DNA of 64,000 bases from an uncultured Pseudomonadales bacterium (GCA_964412775.1 CAYPPX010000001.1:141473-205472); one strand, 5' to 3'; shown: positions 29,184 through 38,539, counted from the first letter of the stretch. Program-made: numbers and translations. The notes: a model not told the origin generated them from the letters alone.

Positions 29184-29460
29184 TGCTTAAATTTCTCCAT
29201 TTCGGAAGGGTATAGTACCCACCTGTTGAGAAAAGCTAGTCTCTAAGGTGGGGAAATAAGTAAATTAATAATTTACTTATTGCCCCACTCAGAGATAAAA
29301 GTATGATTCAAGTATGTTAAAGTGCTAATTTCTTAGATTTGTATGGTGAGTAGCAACTACTTAGACACAAAAATAAGAGAGTTGAATTATACTATTTTTA
29401 TCCTATATTGTCAATATTATAGGACTATTTAATCACTTTACTTTAACTTTAGCTAACTTT

Positions 29461-29487
29461 TTAGCACTCAGCCTTTTTCTCTGCTTA
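29461..29487 (+). promoter_or_regulatory. CIRCE-like element upstream of dnaJ (TTAGCACTC-N9-CTCTGCTTA)
   Basis: Left arm is a perfect CIRCE half-site. Right arm is degenerate. Confidence 0.4.
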
Positions 29488-29524
29488 ATTTTTTACAATT
29501 TCCTTGTTACAATCACTACATTCT

Positions 29525-30385
29525 ATGTCAACTAAACGTGATTATTATGAGATTTTAGGGGTAAAAAAAGGGTCTTCTCAGGCAGAAATTAAATCTGCTT
29601 ATCGCAAGATGGCTCTCAAGTTCCATCCAGATAAAAATAAAGAAAAAGATGCTGAGGCCAAGTTTAAAGAAATCAACGAAGCCTACCAGATTCTATCTGA
29701 TGAAAAAAAACGTCAGGCTTATGATCAATTTGGTCATGCAGCCTTTGATCCTGCTTCTGGTGGTTTCGGGGCTGGTAACCCATTTAGTGGTTTTCAAGGT
29801 GGTGGTCCATTTACTTGGACTTATCAGACATCTAGTAGTGGTGGCACTCAAGATTTTGATTTTAATGATCCATTTGAGATTTTTGAGTCTATTTTTGGTG
29901 GAGGTTTTGGCCGAGCAGCTCGTCGTCCCAGATATGGTTTAACCATCGAGTTTATGGAAGCTGTTCATGGTGTGACTAAGGAAGTTGAGGTGGAAGGCAA
30001 GAAACAGCAGGTCAAGATTCCAGCTGGGGCTAATGATGGCACTAGAATTCGTTTTGAAAGTTTTGATGTCACTATCGAAGTTAAACCTCATGAGCGGTTC
30101 AAACGTGATGGTTATGACGTGTTTTTAACTGAAAAAATTCCTTTATCAACGGCCATTCTTGGAGGTAATATTGAGATTCCCACCTTGAGGGAAGATCATC
30201 TTAAGATGAAGATTAGACCAGGCACCCAATCAGGGAGTTTAATTCGCCTGAGAGGTGAGGGCGTGCCACATCTTAGATCACGGGGTAATGGTGATTTATA
30301 CATCAAGATTACAGTGGATATTCCAGAGAAACTCTCCAGAGAACAAAAACAGTTAGTCAAAGAGCTTCAAGATGCCGGACTCTAA
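29525..30385 (+). CDS. dnaJ: DnaJ-family co-chaperone, type II (J domain + G/F region + C-terminal domains, no zinc finger)
   Basis: DYYEILGV...HPDKN J-domain. Gly/Phe-rich linker. No CxxCxGxG repeats. Confidence 0.85.
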   Translation: MSTKRDYYEILGVKKGSSQAEIKSAYRKMALKFHPDKNKEKDAEAKFKEINEAYQILSDEKKRQAYDQFGHAAFDPASGGFGAGNPFSGFQGGGPFTWTYQTSSSGGTQDFDFNDPFEIFESIFGGGFGRAARRPRYGLTIEFMEAVHGVTKEVEVEGKKQQVKIPAGANDGTRIRFESFDVTIEVKPHERFKRDGYDVFLTEKIPLSTAILGGNIEIPTLREDHLKMKIRPGTQSGSLIRLRGEGVPHLRSRGNGDLYIKITVDIPEKLSREQKQLVKELQDAGL

Positions 30386-30734
30386 CCAACCCCAGATTAG
30401 TTATGATGATTTTACCAAAGTTGATATTCGGGTGGGGCAGATTATTGAAGTCGAACTAATTAAAAATCCCAAGCATAGTACCCATCGGTTAGTCATCGAC
30501 TTTGGTCAGGAAATTGGTCAAAAAGTTTCCTGTGCCAGATTACCTAACTATTCCTTAGAACAACTTCAAGGCAAGTATATTTTGGGAGTAGTGAATTTTC
30601 CAGCCAGACAAATTGGTCAACACTTATCGGAAACCTTGACTTTAGGTGTGCCTGATGGGGAAAACGAGTGTTGGTTGATTGTCCCTGATATGCCAGTTGG
30701 CACTAAGTTACCGCTCGGTGGCAGGTTATATTAA
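30372..30734 (+). CDS. CsaA-like OB-fold tRNA-binding/chaperone domain protein (second paralog)
   Basis: YDDFTKVDIRVGQI...LVIDFGQEIG...GVVNFP pattern, homologous to the ORF at 13837. Overlaps the dnaJ end by 14 nt. Confidence 0.65.
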   Translation: MPDSNQPQISYDDFTKVDIRVGQIIEVELIKNPKHSTHRLVIDFGQEIGQKVSCARLPNYSLEQLQGKYILGVVNFPARQIGQHLSETLTLGVPDGENECWLIVPDMPVGTKLPLGGRLY

Positions 30735-30868
30735 TTTTTCCCAAGAGTTGTGCTATAATAGCTTCTGGCGAAATACTGATGAAAGACGGACTTATTTTGG
30801 TCGCGTCTTTTTTAATAGCTTTTGCCAAGAAGAGTAACAAAACAAATAAAAATTAAAAAAGGAAGACA

Positions 30869-32143
30869 ATGCCAACAGTTTCAACCGTTGCCAGAACAGA
30901 ATTTGCTGCTGCTATCGCACAAATTGCTGCCGAAAGAAAAATTGATCCAGCTTCTATTTATGAAGCTATTAGACAAGCTTTAGTGTCTGCTTATCGAAAA
31001 CAAATGGGTTTTTTGGATGAAGAATTTCACTACTACGTAGAGCTTAATGAAGATACTGGTGAAGCCAAGATTTTGAAGGCTCCAGTTTTAGCTCGTGATG
31101 AAGAGACTTTAGAGCCAACCGAGTGGGATGAAAAGAAATCAGAGGATGTCACTCCAGCTGGTTTCGGTCGTATTGCTGCTCAAACTGCCAAGCAAGTCAT
31201 TTTGCAAAAGATTCGTCGTTCAGAAAAAGACCAAATTATCTCTGAATTTGAAGATAAGGTTGGTGAGATTATGACTGGTCAAGTCTTGAGAATGGATCGC
31301 CGCAGTGTGGTTATGGACTTGGGTCGTGGTCATGGCTGGATGCCTCCAGAAGAGCAAATGAGAGGTGAGTTTTATCGCTTAAACTCTCGTTTGGCTGTAT
31401 TTATCAAAGATATTCGTGAAACTAACAAAGGTCAGGTCGTGGTTGTTTCCAGAGCTGACAAACAATTAGTGGCTAAGCTTTTCGATCGTGAAGTGCCTGA
31501 AGTTTCTTCAGGAGCTGTCGAGATCGTGGCTGTGGCTCGTGAAGCTGGTGTTAGAACTAAACTGTCAGTTCGTTCTACTCAAGATGGCGTTGATCCAGTT
31601 GGTTCATGTGTTGGTCAAAGAGGTGTGCGTGTGCAAAAAGTAATCGAAGAATTAAATAACGAAAAAATCGATATTATTCCTTTCTTTGATGATACCGTGA
31701 TGTATCTCAAGGGTGCTTTGGCCCCAGCTGAAAATTTACTAATTGAAGTTGATGAGGCTAAAAAAGTTGTCACAGTTACCGCTCCAGATGACCAATTGTC
31801 TTTGGCTATCGGTCGTGGTGGGCAAAATGTTCGTTTGGCCGCCAAGTTGACTGGCTACAAGATCACCATCAAATCAGCTGCTGGTAAAGTGCAAACTCAA
31901 GCAACTGGTGAGGAAGAGTATGAAATCGATACTTTTGATGGTTTATCTAGTGAATCTAGAGATATTTTGGTTGAGCACAAATTGACCACCCTTAATGACT
32001 TGGTTCGTTTCCAAGACAAATGGATGGCCATGGAAGATTTAGCTACTGACCAAAAAGACTTGTTATTAAAAAGAGTTGAGGCAGACAAAAAAGCCCAAGC
32101 AGAAATTGAAGCTGCTCGAGCCCAAATGACCGCTGCTGAATAA
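30869..32143 (+). CDS. nusA: transcription termination/antitermination factor NusA
   Basis: N-terminal domain, S1 and two KH domains (IGRGGQNVRLA). Confidence 0.9.
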   Translation: MPTVSTVARTEFAAAIAQIAAERKIDPASIYEAIRQALVSAYRKQMGFLDEEFHYYVELNEDTGEAKILKAPVLARDEETLEPTEWDEKKSEDVTPAGFGRIAAQTAKQVILQKIRRSEKDQIISEFEDKVGEIMTGQVLRMDRRSVVMDLGRGHGWMPPEEQMRGEFYRLNSRLAVFIKDIRETNKGQVVVVSRADKQLVAKLFDREVPEVSSGAVEIVAVAREAGVRTKLSVRSTQDGVDPVGSCVGQRGVRVQKVIEELNNEKIDIIPFFDDTVMYLKGALAPAENLLIEVDEAKKVVTVTAPDDQLSLAIGRGGQNVRLAAKLTGYKITIKSAAGKVQTQATGEEEYEIDTFDGLSSESRDILVEHKLTTLNDLVRFQDKWMAMEDLATDQKDLLLKRVEADKKAQAEIEAARAQMTAAE

Positions 32144-32181
32144 AAGCTAACTCAAAGTTAGGAAAAAGGAAAAACTAGTTT

Positions 32182-33648
32182 ATGGCACTTACATCTCGTC
32201 CACCAATCATTACGATCTTGGGTCATGTTGACCATGGTAAGACGAGTTTACTTGACTATATTCGTAAAACCAATGTTCAAGCTAGAGAACAGGGTGGAAT
32301 TACTCAACATATTGGTGCTTACAGTATTGTCTACAACGGTAAGCCAATTACCTTTATTGATACTCCAGGTCACGCTGCTTTTAACAAAATGCGCCAACGT
32401 GGCGCTCAAATCACTGATTTAGTGATCTTGGTTGTGGCTGCTAATGATGGTGTCAAACCACAAACTATTGAATCAATCCGTTATATAAAACAAGCTAATG
32501 TTCCTTTCTTAGTCGCAATAAATAAAATTGATGTAGAGGGTATCAGACTAGATAATGTTAAAGCTCAACTAGCCGAACAGGAAGTCATTGTGCAAGATTT
32601 TGGTGGTGATATCGAAACTGTTGGAGTGTCTGCTAAAACAGGAGCAGGTGTTGATAAATTACTTGAGACTATTACTGTAATGGCTGAACTTTTAGAATTA
32701 AAAGCAGATCCAGAGCTACCTCTAGAGGCAATTGTGATTGAGTCTTCAAAGGACCCACGCAAAGGACCTTTGGCTAGTGTGATTGTGAAAAAAGGCACTT
32801 TAGCTCCAAGACAAGATATTTTTGTTGATCAAATTCAGGGTAGGGTCAAACTTCTATCAAATGAAAATGGTCAGCAACTTGAGAGCGTTTTACCGGGCTT
32901 TCCAGCAGAAATTGTTGGTTTGAGAGATGTGCCAGAAGTTGGAGCGATTATCAAAGAAGCTGGTAAAGACTATGCAACTGAACTGATTGAAGACGAAGCA
33001 ACCGAGGTTTTTGACCAATGGGCTGGACTTGATATTGATAGTGCTTTTGGTGACAAAATTAAGCTTAATTTAATTGTTAAAGCTGACGTTAAAGGTACTT
33101 TGGAGGCTATCGAACAGAATATTGATCCAGATAGTGTGAATTTAATCTCATCAGGAGTTGGGCCTGTTACTGAACAGGAACTTGAGTTAGCTCAAACTAG
33201 TAAAGCTTTAGTGGTGGCTTTTGGCATGAAAGTGCCTCGAACTACTAAAAACTTTGCCAAGACTCTTGGTGTCAAAGTCAAAGAATATGGCATTATTTAT
33301 CACTTGATTGAAGATCTTCAAAAACTAATGCTCAAAATTCTCGAGCCAACCATTGATGAAGTAGTGACTGGTGAAGCAGAGATCATGCAGATTTTTGAGA
33401 TGAAGGGTGAAAAAATTGCTGGGGTGAAAGTCAAGACAGGTGAAGTTAAAAAGTCAGATTTATTACATCTCAAGAGAAATGATGAAATTGTAGCTAATCC
33501 AGTGATTGCCAACATGAAACACGGTAAAGACGATATTTTAGTGATTAAAACCAAAAATGAAGGTGGTTTGACTTTCAAAAACAAAAAATTGGATTTTCAA
33601 GTTGGTGACGTTATTATTGCTTATAAAAAGGAAGAAGACGAAGAATAA
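32182..33648 (+). CDS. infB: translation initiation factor IF-2 (short form lacking the N-terminal extension)
   Basis: G-domain starts at residue 8 (ILGHVDHGKTSLLD, DTPGH, NKID). 488 aa. Confidence 0.9.
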   Translation: MALTSRPPIITILGHVDHGKTSLLDYIRKTNVQAREQGGITQHIGAYSIVYNGKPITFIDTPGHAAFNKMRQRGAQITDLVILVVAANDGVKPQTIESIRYIKQANVPFLVAINKIDVEGIRLDNVKAQLAEQEVIVQDFGGDIETVGVSAKTGAGVDKLLETITVMAELLELKADPELPLEAIVIESSKDPRKGPLASVIVKKGTLAPRQDIFVDQIQGRVKLLSNENGQQLESVLPGFPAEIVGLRDVPEVGAIIKEAGKDYATELIEDEATEVFDQWAGLDIDSAFGDKIKLNLIVKADVKGTLEAIEQNIDPDSVNLISSGVGPVTEQELELAQTSKALVVAFGMKVPRTTKNFAKTLGVKVKEYGIIYHLIEDLQKLMLKILEPTIDEVVTGEAEIMQIFEMKGEKIAGVKVKTGEVKKSDLLHLKRNDEIVANPVIANMKHGKDDILVIKTKNEGGLTFKNKKLDFQVGDVIIAYKKEEDEE

Positions 33649-33741
33649 AAAAAGATCGAGTGTGATATAATTCATGCTCTAGTATAAAGGTGACTTTATC
33701 AAGCAGGCTACGGCTCGCTTCATAAGGGAGGAAAAAATACC

Positions 33742-34011
33742 ATGGCATTATCAAAAGCCCAAAAAACTCAAATCGTAAAAGACTTTCAATTATTTGAAGG
33801 TGATACTGGTTCTCCAGAAGTTCAAGTTTCTTTATTGACTGCTTCTATTCAAGAACTGACCGATCACTTGAAGAAACACAAGAAAGATAATCACTCTCGC
33901 AGAGGTTTACTAAAGCAAGTTTCCAAGAGACGTCGTTTACTTAGATTTTTGCAAAGTCGTAGTGAAGAGAGATATGCCAAACTAGTTGAGAGACTTGGTT
34001 TGAGTAAATAA
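33742..34011 (+). CDS. rpsO: 30S ribosomal protein S15
   Basis: 89 aa: [31 protein letters not shown]. Confidence 0.95.
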   Translation: MALSKAQKTQIVKDFQLFEGDTGSPEVQVSLLTASIQELTDHLKKHKKDNHSRRGLLKQVSKRRRLLRFLQSRSEERYAKLVERLGLSK

Positions 34012-34030
34012 TCATTTTTAAGCAAATTGA

Positions 34031-34057
34031 AAGCCCCCTTTTTTTAGGGGGCTTTTT
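34031..34057 (+). terminator. rho-independent terminator after rpsO
   Basis: AAGCCCCC-TTTTTT-AGGGGGCTTTTT. Confidence 0.8.
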
Positions 34058-34143
34058 GTTAGCTCCAAATTAGTGAATAAAACAGAAAAAACTAATTTTC
34101 CTTTGTTTTATTTTCTATTTGTTCTATGATTTAATTAACAAAT

Positions 34144-34350
34144 ATGCAAGAAACAGGACTAATTAGAAGAGTTAAAGAAATGAGAATGGATAAAGCTTTT
34201 TCAGAAGCAGTAGAGTCTGGTGATCAAAGAGCTTGGGATAGGTATACTGAAGTTGTTAGATCAGCTAATCTGGGTGGAAAAAAGAAAAAGTTTGGTGAGG
34301 GCGATCTCCCTCCACAAATTATAGGTGGTAGTCCAAGAGATCCTAAATAG
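34144..34350 (+). CDS. hypothetical small protein
   Basis: 68-aa ORF between the rpsO terminator and the pnp promoter. No motif. Confidence 0.3.
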   Translation: MQETGLIRRVKEMRMDKAFSEAVESGDQRAWDRYTEVVRSANLGGKKKKFGEGDLPPQIIGGSPRDPK

Positions 34351-34597
34351 TTTTATTTTTTAGTTCAATTGGTTAAATTCAACTCTTTCCTGTATAATGC
34401 TTGGTATCGGGAATGAAACTTCCTCGATTGGCAAGGAGTGGTTGAGCCACAGGTACTCCCTGCTTATTGAGGAACTATTATTAATTTTTGCAACATTCCC
34501 CAAATATAGTATGAATAGGTTAGCTCTCGTCCGAGCTTAATTGCCACGCAAGGAATACCTTGAACGTGGGAGTTTGGTGAACTAACAGAAAGAAAAA

Positions 34598-36883
34598 ATG
34601 GGTTACCCAAAATATCCAGATACATATAAAAAGACCTTCACTTTAGGAGGCAAAGAAGTCACAGTTGAGATTGGTAAGTTTTCTGAGCAAGTCAGTGCTG
34701 CTGTTTTGGTTACTTGTGGAGAGACAGTTGTTCACTCTACAGTAGCTTTGGGCAGAAAAGTTGATCTTGGTTATTTTCCATTATCAGTAGAATTTGCTGA
34801 AAAACTTTTTGCTTCTGGAATTATCAAAGGTTCTAGATGGATCAAACGTGATGGTCGTCCATCAGATGATGTGATTTTGAAAGCGAGAGTGATTGATCGT
34901 TCTTTAAGACCAATGTTCCCAGATGGTATTACCAATGAAGTGCAAATCATTAATACTGTGCTTTCCTATGATGAGGAAAATGACCCAGATATGCTTGGTT
35001 TATTAGGAAGCGCCATTGGTTTATCAGTTTCTGATATCCCTTTTGCTGGTCCACTGGCTGGTTTAAGAGTGGGTTATAGAAAAGAAACTAATGAATTTTT
35101 ATTTAATCCAACTAATACTGAAAGAAAAACCAGTGACTTAGATTTAATTGTTTCTGGTAATGCTAATACCATTGTGATGGTTGAGGCTGGTGCCAATGAA
35201 GTATCTGAGTCTGTTATGGTGGAAGGTTTAGTTCTAGCTCAAGAAAAACTTGGTGAGGTTTGTCAAGTTATTGATGAGATTACTGCCAAAGTTGGCAAAG
35301 AAAAATTGGAGTTAGTGACTGCAGATGATTTAGCTGCTACCAAGAAAATTGAAGATTTGGCTACTAAGATTTATGCTGATTTTTCAGCTGAAATTAGAGA
35401 GATCGTTGAAAAAAGTGGTCGGTTATTACCAACCAACGAAGCTGAAGTTAAAACAGCCATTTTTGAAAAGTTAAATGCTGGTATCGAAGATGAGTCTGAA
35501 CAAGTTACTGAAAAAACCATCAGTGAGGCTTTACACTTGTTAACCAAAAAAGAAGCCAGAAAAATGATTATTAATGAGGGTATTCGTCCTGATGGTCGTC
35601 AAACTACTGAAATTAGACCAATCTGGTGTGAAGTTGACCTATTTGCTCGTACCCATGGCTCAGCCATGTTTAAGCGTGGTGCTACTCAAGCTGTGACAAT
35701 TACAACATTAGGTGATCCAACTTTGGGTCAATTAATTGAAAGTATTGATGGTGAAGAGACTAGACACTATATTCATCACTACAACATGCCTCCATACGCC
35801 TCTGGTGAAGCTGGTAGGTTTGGTTCTCCAAAACGTCGTGAAATTGGTCATGGTGCTTTGGCTGAAAGAGCCTTATTACCAATGCTTCCAAGCCAAGAAG
35901 AGTTCCCTTATACCATTCATGTGGTTTCAGAGATTATGAGTTCTAATGGTTCTACTTCTCAGGCTTCAGTGTGTGGCTCTACCTTGTCATTAATGGCAGC
36001 TGGTGTTCCAATCAAACGTCCAGTTTCTGGTATCGCTATGGGTTTGATGAGTGATGGTGAAAAATATGTTGTCCTTTCAGATATTCAGGGTCTTGAAGAT
36101 CATGTCGGTGATATGGACTTCAAGGTAGCTGGTACTGAAGAAGGGATTACTGCTATCCAAATGGACATTAAGCTTAAAGGTGTCCCTAGAGAAGTTTTAG
36201 AGCAAGCCTTATCACAAGCTCGTGAAGGTCGAATGCATATTTTGGGTGAAATGATGAAAGCAATTTCAGCTCCAAGAACTGAGATCTCTAAATATGCTCC
36301 AAAAGTGGTTCAAATTGAGATTCCAGCTGACAAAATTGGTGAACTGATCGGCCCCGGTGGCAAGATGATTAAGTCCATCATTGAGGCAACTGGTGCAGAG
36401 GTCAATGTTGATGAAGACAAAGAAAGAGAAGTTGGTATTGTCAACATTTCTTCTTCAGAGCAAGAAAAGATTGATGCAGCTGTAGCCAAGGTGACAGGTT
36501 TAGTTAGAGTTGTAGAAGTGGGTGACGAATTTGACGGAGAGATTACTAGAGTTGAAAACTATGGCGCTTTTGTTGAATATCTTCCAGGTCGTGAAGGGTT
36601 AGTCCACGTTTCTGAAATGTCGACCGAGAGAATTGAAGACGTAACTGCTGTGGCCAAGATTGGTGACAAAGTTCATGTCAGAATTTCTGAAGTCAAAGAA
36701 GACGGTAAGATCGGTTTATCGATGTTAACCGCTGAACAGTCTGCTGCTAAGAAGCCTAGTGGAGGTGATAGAGGTGATAGAAGAGACCGTGGCAATGGTG
36801 GTGGACGTAGATTTTCTAGAGATAACAACCGTGGAGGTGATAGAAGAGGTGGTTTTAGACCAAGAAGAGATGGTTTTCGCTAA
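34598..36883 (+). CDS. pnp: polyribonucleotide nucleotidyltransferase (PNPase) with an Arg/Gly-rich C-terminal tail
   Basis: Two RNase PH domains, KH (IGPGGKMIK) and S1 domains. The last approx 45 aa read GGDRGDRRDRGNGGGRRF...RGGFRPRRDGFR. Confidence 0.95.
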   Translation: MGYPKYPDTYKKTFTLGGKEVTVEIGKFSEQVSAAVLVTCGETVVHSTVALGRKVDLGYFPLSVEFAEKLFASGIIKGSRWIKRDGRPSDDVILKARVIDRSLRPMFPDGITNEVQIINTVLSYDEENDPDMLGLLGSAIGLSVSDIPFAGPLAGLRVGYRKETNEFLFNPTNTERKTSDLDLIVSGNANTIVMVEAGANEVSESVMVEGLVLAQEKLGEVCQVIDEITAKVGKEKLELVTADDLAATKKIEDLATKIYADFSAEIREIVEKSGRLLPTNEAEVKTAIFEKLNAGIEDESEQVTEKTISEALHLLTKKEARKMIINEGIRPDGRQTTEIRPIWCEVDLFARTHGSAMFKRGATQAVTITTLGDPTLGQLIESIDGEETRHYIHHYNMPPYASGEAGRFGSPKRREIGHGALAERALLPMLPSQEEFPYTIHVVSEIMSSNGSTSQASVCGSTLSLMAAGVPIKRPVSGIAMGLMSDGEKYVVLSDIQGLEDHVGDMDFKVAGTEEGITAIQMDIKLKGVPREVLEQALSQAREGRMHILGEMMKAISAPRTEISKYAPKVVQIEIPADKIGELIGPGGKMIKSIIEATGAEVNVDEDKEREVGIVNISSSEQEKIDAAVAKVTGLVRVVEVGDEFDGEITRVENYGAFVEYLPGREGLVHVSEMSTERIEDVTAVAKIGDKVHVRISEVKEDGKIGLSMLTAEQSAAKKPSGGDRGDRRDRGNGGGRRFSRDNNRGGDRRGGFRPRRDGFR

Positions 36884-36923
36884 CTCTTATGAGTAGTAAA
36901 ACTACTTATTAAATTGCAACAGA

Positions 36924-36953
36924 AAGGCCCCACAAAAGTTGGGGCCTTTTTTT
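36924..36953 (+). terminator. rho-independent terminator after pnp
   Basis: GGCCCCAC-AAAA-GTTGGGGCC followed by T7. Confidence 0.8.
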
Positions 36954-36991
36954 ACTTTTATTCTGTATGGGAACTAGCTATACTTACACTC

Positions 36992-37837
36992 GTGAAAGTA
37001 ACTGCCCTGCAACGACAAGGTATTGGTTTATTGGCTTTAGATGAGGCTTATCAATTTGCTGAAGAGCTGGGTCTAACCATGAATGAACCGAGTAATGTTG
37101 AAAACTTCAATGCTTTGTTAGTTCGTTTTCTCATTCTTTATACCGAGTACACCACTGGAGTAGTGCTTGACCCCACTTATTCGTTACCGTTTTTAAGTTA
37201 TAAACATAAAAACTCTGGTTTAGTCATTAGACTTGAGCAGGATAGGGAGCAAGATCCTTTGGGTGTGCCTAGATTTATTCCTCAGTGGAGTATCGAAGAC
37301 GTTAGAAATAACTATGGATTGGCAAAGTTAGAGCTGTTTTATCATCCAGCAGAGGAGATGGCTAATGAAAAGAAAAAACTAGTTGCTGATCTTTATGATT
37401 TTTGTCAGTACGAGGGTATCGATTTTTTACTAAAATTGGTCATTTATCATCCACCAGGAAAAACTTTAGACACCACTGAGTTTCAAGAGACTCAGTTAGA
37501 AGCAGTCGCAGAGTTGCAACGGTTTGCCAGTATTTTGGCTCTGCAGTATCCACAGGATCCTTTGGCTACGGCAACCTTGACTAGTACTTTGGATATTCCT
37601 TGGTTAGTCAGTGCTGATGGTTTTAGTTATGATCAATTTAAAGATGTTTTAAGAGTGAGTATGGAAAATGGAGCTGAGGGCTTTTTGCTTGGCAAAACCT
37701 TATGGGAAGAACTTGGTTCGATGAGACTTGAAGATCAATCACTTGATTTTGAACAGATTGAGAGATTTTTAAAAACTACTGGTAAGGATCGAGTCATTGA
37801 GTTGATGAGAATTGTGAACGAAGCTAAAGAAGCTTAG
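36992..37837 (+). CDS. class I aldolase-like TIM-barrel protein (LacD/YihT/DeoC superfamily, putative)
   Basis: The N-terminal block QGIGLLALDEAYQ resembles the LacD/YihT AxDQR substrate-binding block. GTG at 36992 chosen because the ORF-track TTG start at 36914 lies inside the pnp terminator. Confidence 0.35.
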   Translation: MKVTALQRQGIGLLALDEAYQFAEELGLTMNEPSNVENFNALLVRFLILYTEYTTGVVLDPTYSLPFLSYKHKNSGLVIRLEQDREQDPLGVPRFIPQWSIEDVRNNYGLAKLELFYHPAEEMANEKKKLVADLYDFCQYEGIDFLLKLVIYHPPGKTLDTTEFQETQLEAVAELQRFASILALQYPQDPLATATLTSTLDIPWLVSADGFSYDQFKDVLRVSMENGAEGFLLGKTLWEELGSMRLEDQSLDFEQIERFLKTTGKDRVIELMRIVNEAKEA

Positions 37838-37927
37838 TTTTTTTTGTAAGACTGCTCACGGCAGTTTGGCCAGTTTTGGTTATAATAATTTTACACACTT
37901 AGTGTTGTTAGTTGAGAAAGGTTACTT

Positions 37928-38539
37928 ATGTCTTACATGCTTCCTAAATTAGCTTATGCTTATGACGCTTTGGAGCCAGCTATTGATGCTCAAACCATGG
38001 AGATTCACCATACTAAGCATCATCAAGCTTATGTTGATAAACTTAACGCTGCTTTGGAAGGTTTGCCAGATATGCAAGATTTGCCTATCGAAACCCTGAT
38101 GCAATCACTCAAAGAAATTGATGATCCAAAAGTGATGATGGCGGTTAGGAATAATGGTGGTGGTCATGCAAATCATTCTTTATTTTGGCAACTGCTTTCA
38201 CCTGAGAAACAAGAAATGCCCAGAGTGTTAAAGGATGACTTAGAAGAAACTTTTGGTTCTATTGAAAAGTTTAAGGAAGAATTTGCTAATGCTGCTGTTA
38301 CCAGATTTGGTTCTGGTTGGGCTTGGTTAATTGTTGATAATGGTAGATTAAAAATTACCAGTACCCCAAACCAAGATAACCCCTGGATGGACAACAAATT
38401 ACCAGTTTTAGGTCTAGATGTGTGGGAACATGCTTATTATTTGAAATACCAGAACCGTCGTCCAGAATATATTGAGGCTTTTTGGCAGGTGGTGAATTGG
38501 TCCAAAGTGGCTGAGCTTTACCAACAAGCGATGAGTTAA
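37928..38539 (+). CDS. sod: Fe/Mn superoxide dismutase
   Basis: [10 protein letters not shown] and DVWEHAYY metal-ligand blocks. Confidence 0.95.
   Translation: MSYMLPKLAYAYDALEPAIDAQTMEIHHTKHHQAYVDKLNAALEGLPDMQDLPIETLMQSLKEIDDPKVMMAVRNNGGGHANHSLFWQLLSPEKQEMPRVLKDDLEETFGSIEKFKEEFANAAVTRFGSGWAWLIVDNGRLKITSTPNQDNPWMDNKLPVLGLDVWEHAYYLKYQNRRPEYIEAFWQVVNWSKVAELYQQAMS

Noticed and set aside
29649-29942. 97-aa ORF in an alternative frame inside dnaJ
   Set aside because: The highly hydrophobic, low-complexity translation comes from the G/F-region codons. It is embedded in a confidently called gene.
36914-36991. TTG start at 36914 for the aldolase-like ORF
   Set aside because: That start would place the first 25 codons inside the pnp rho-independent terminator hairpin. 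The in-frame GTG at 36992 is preferred, with low confidence.
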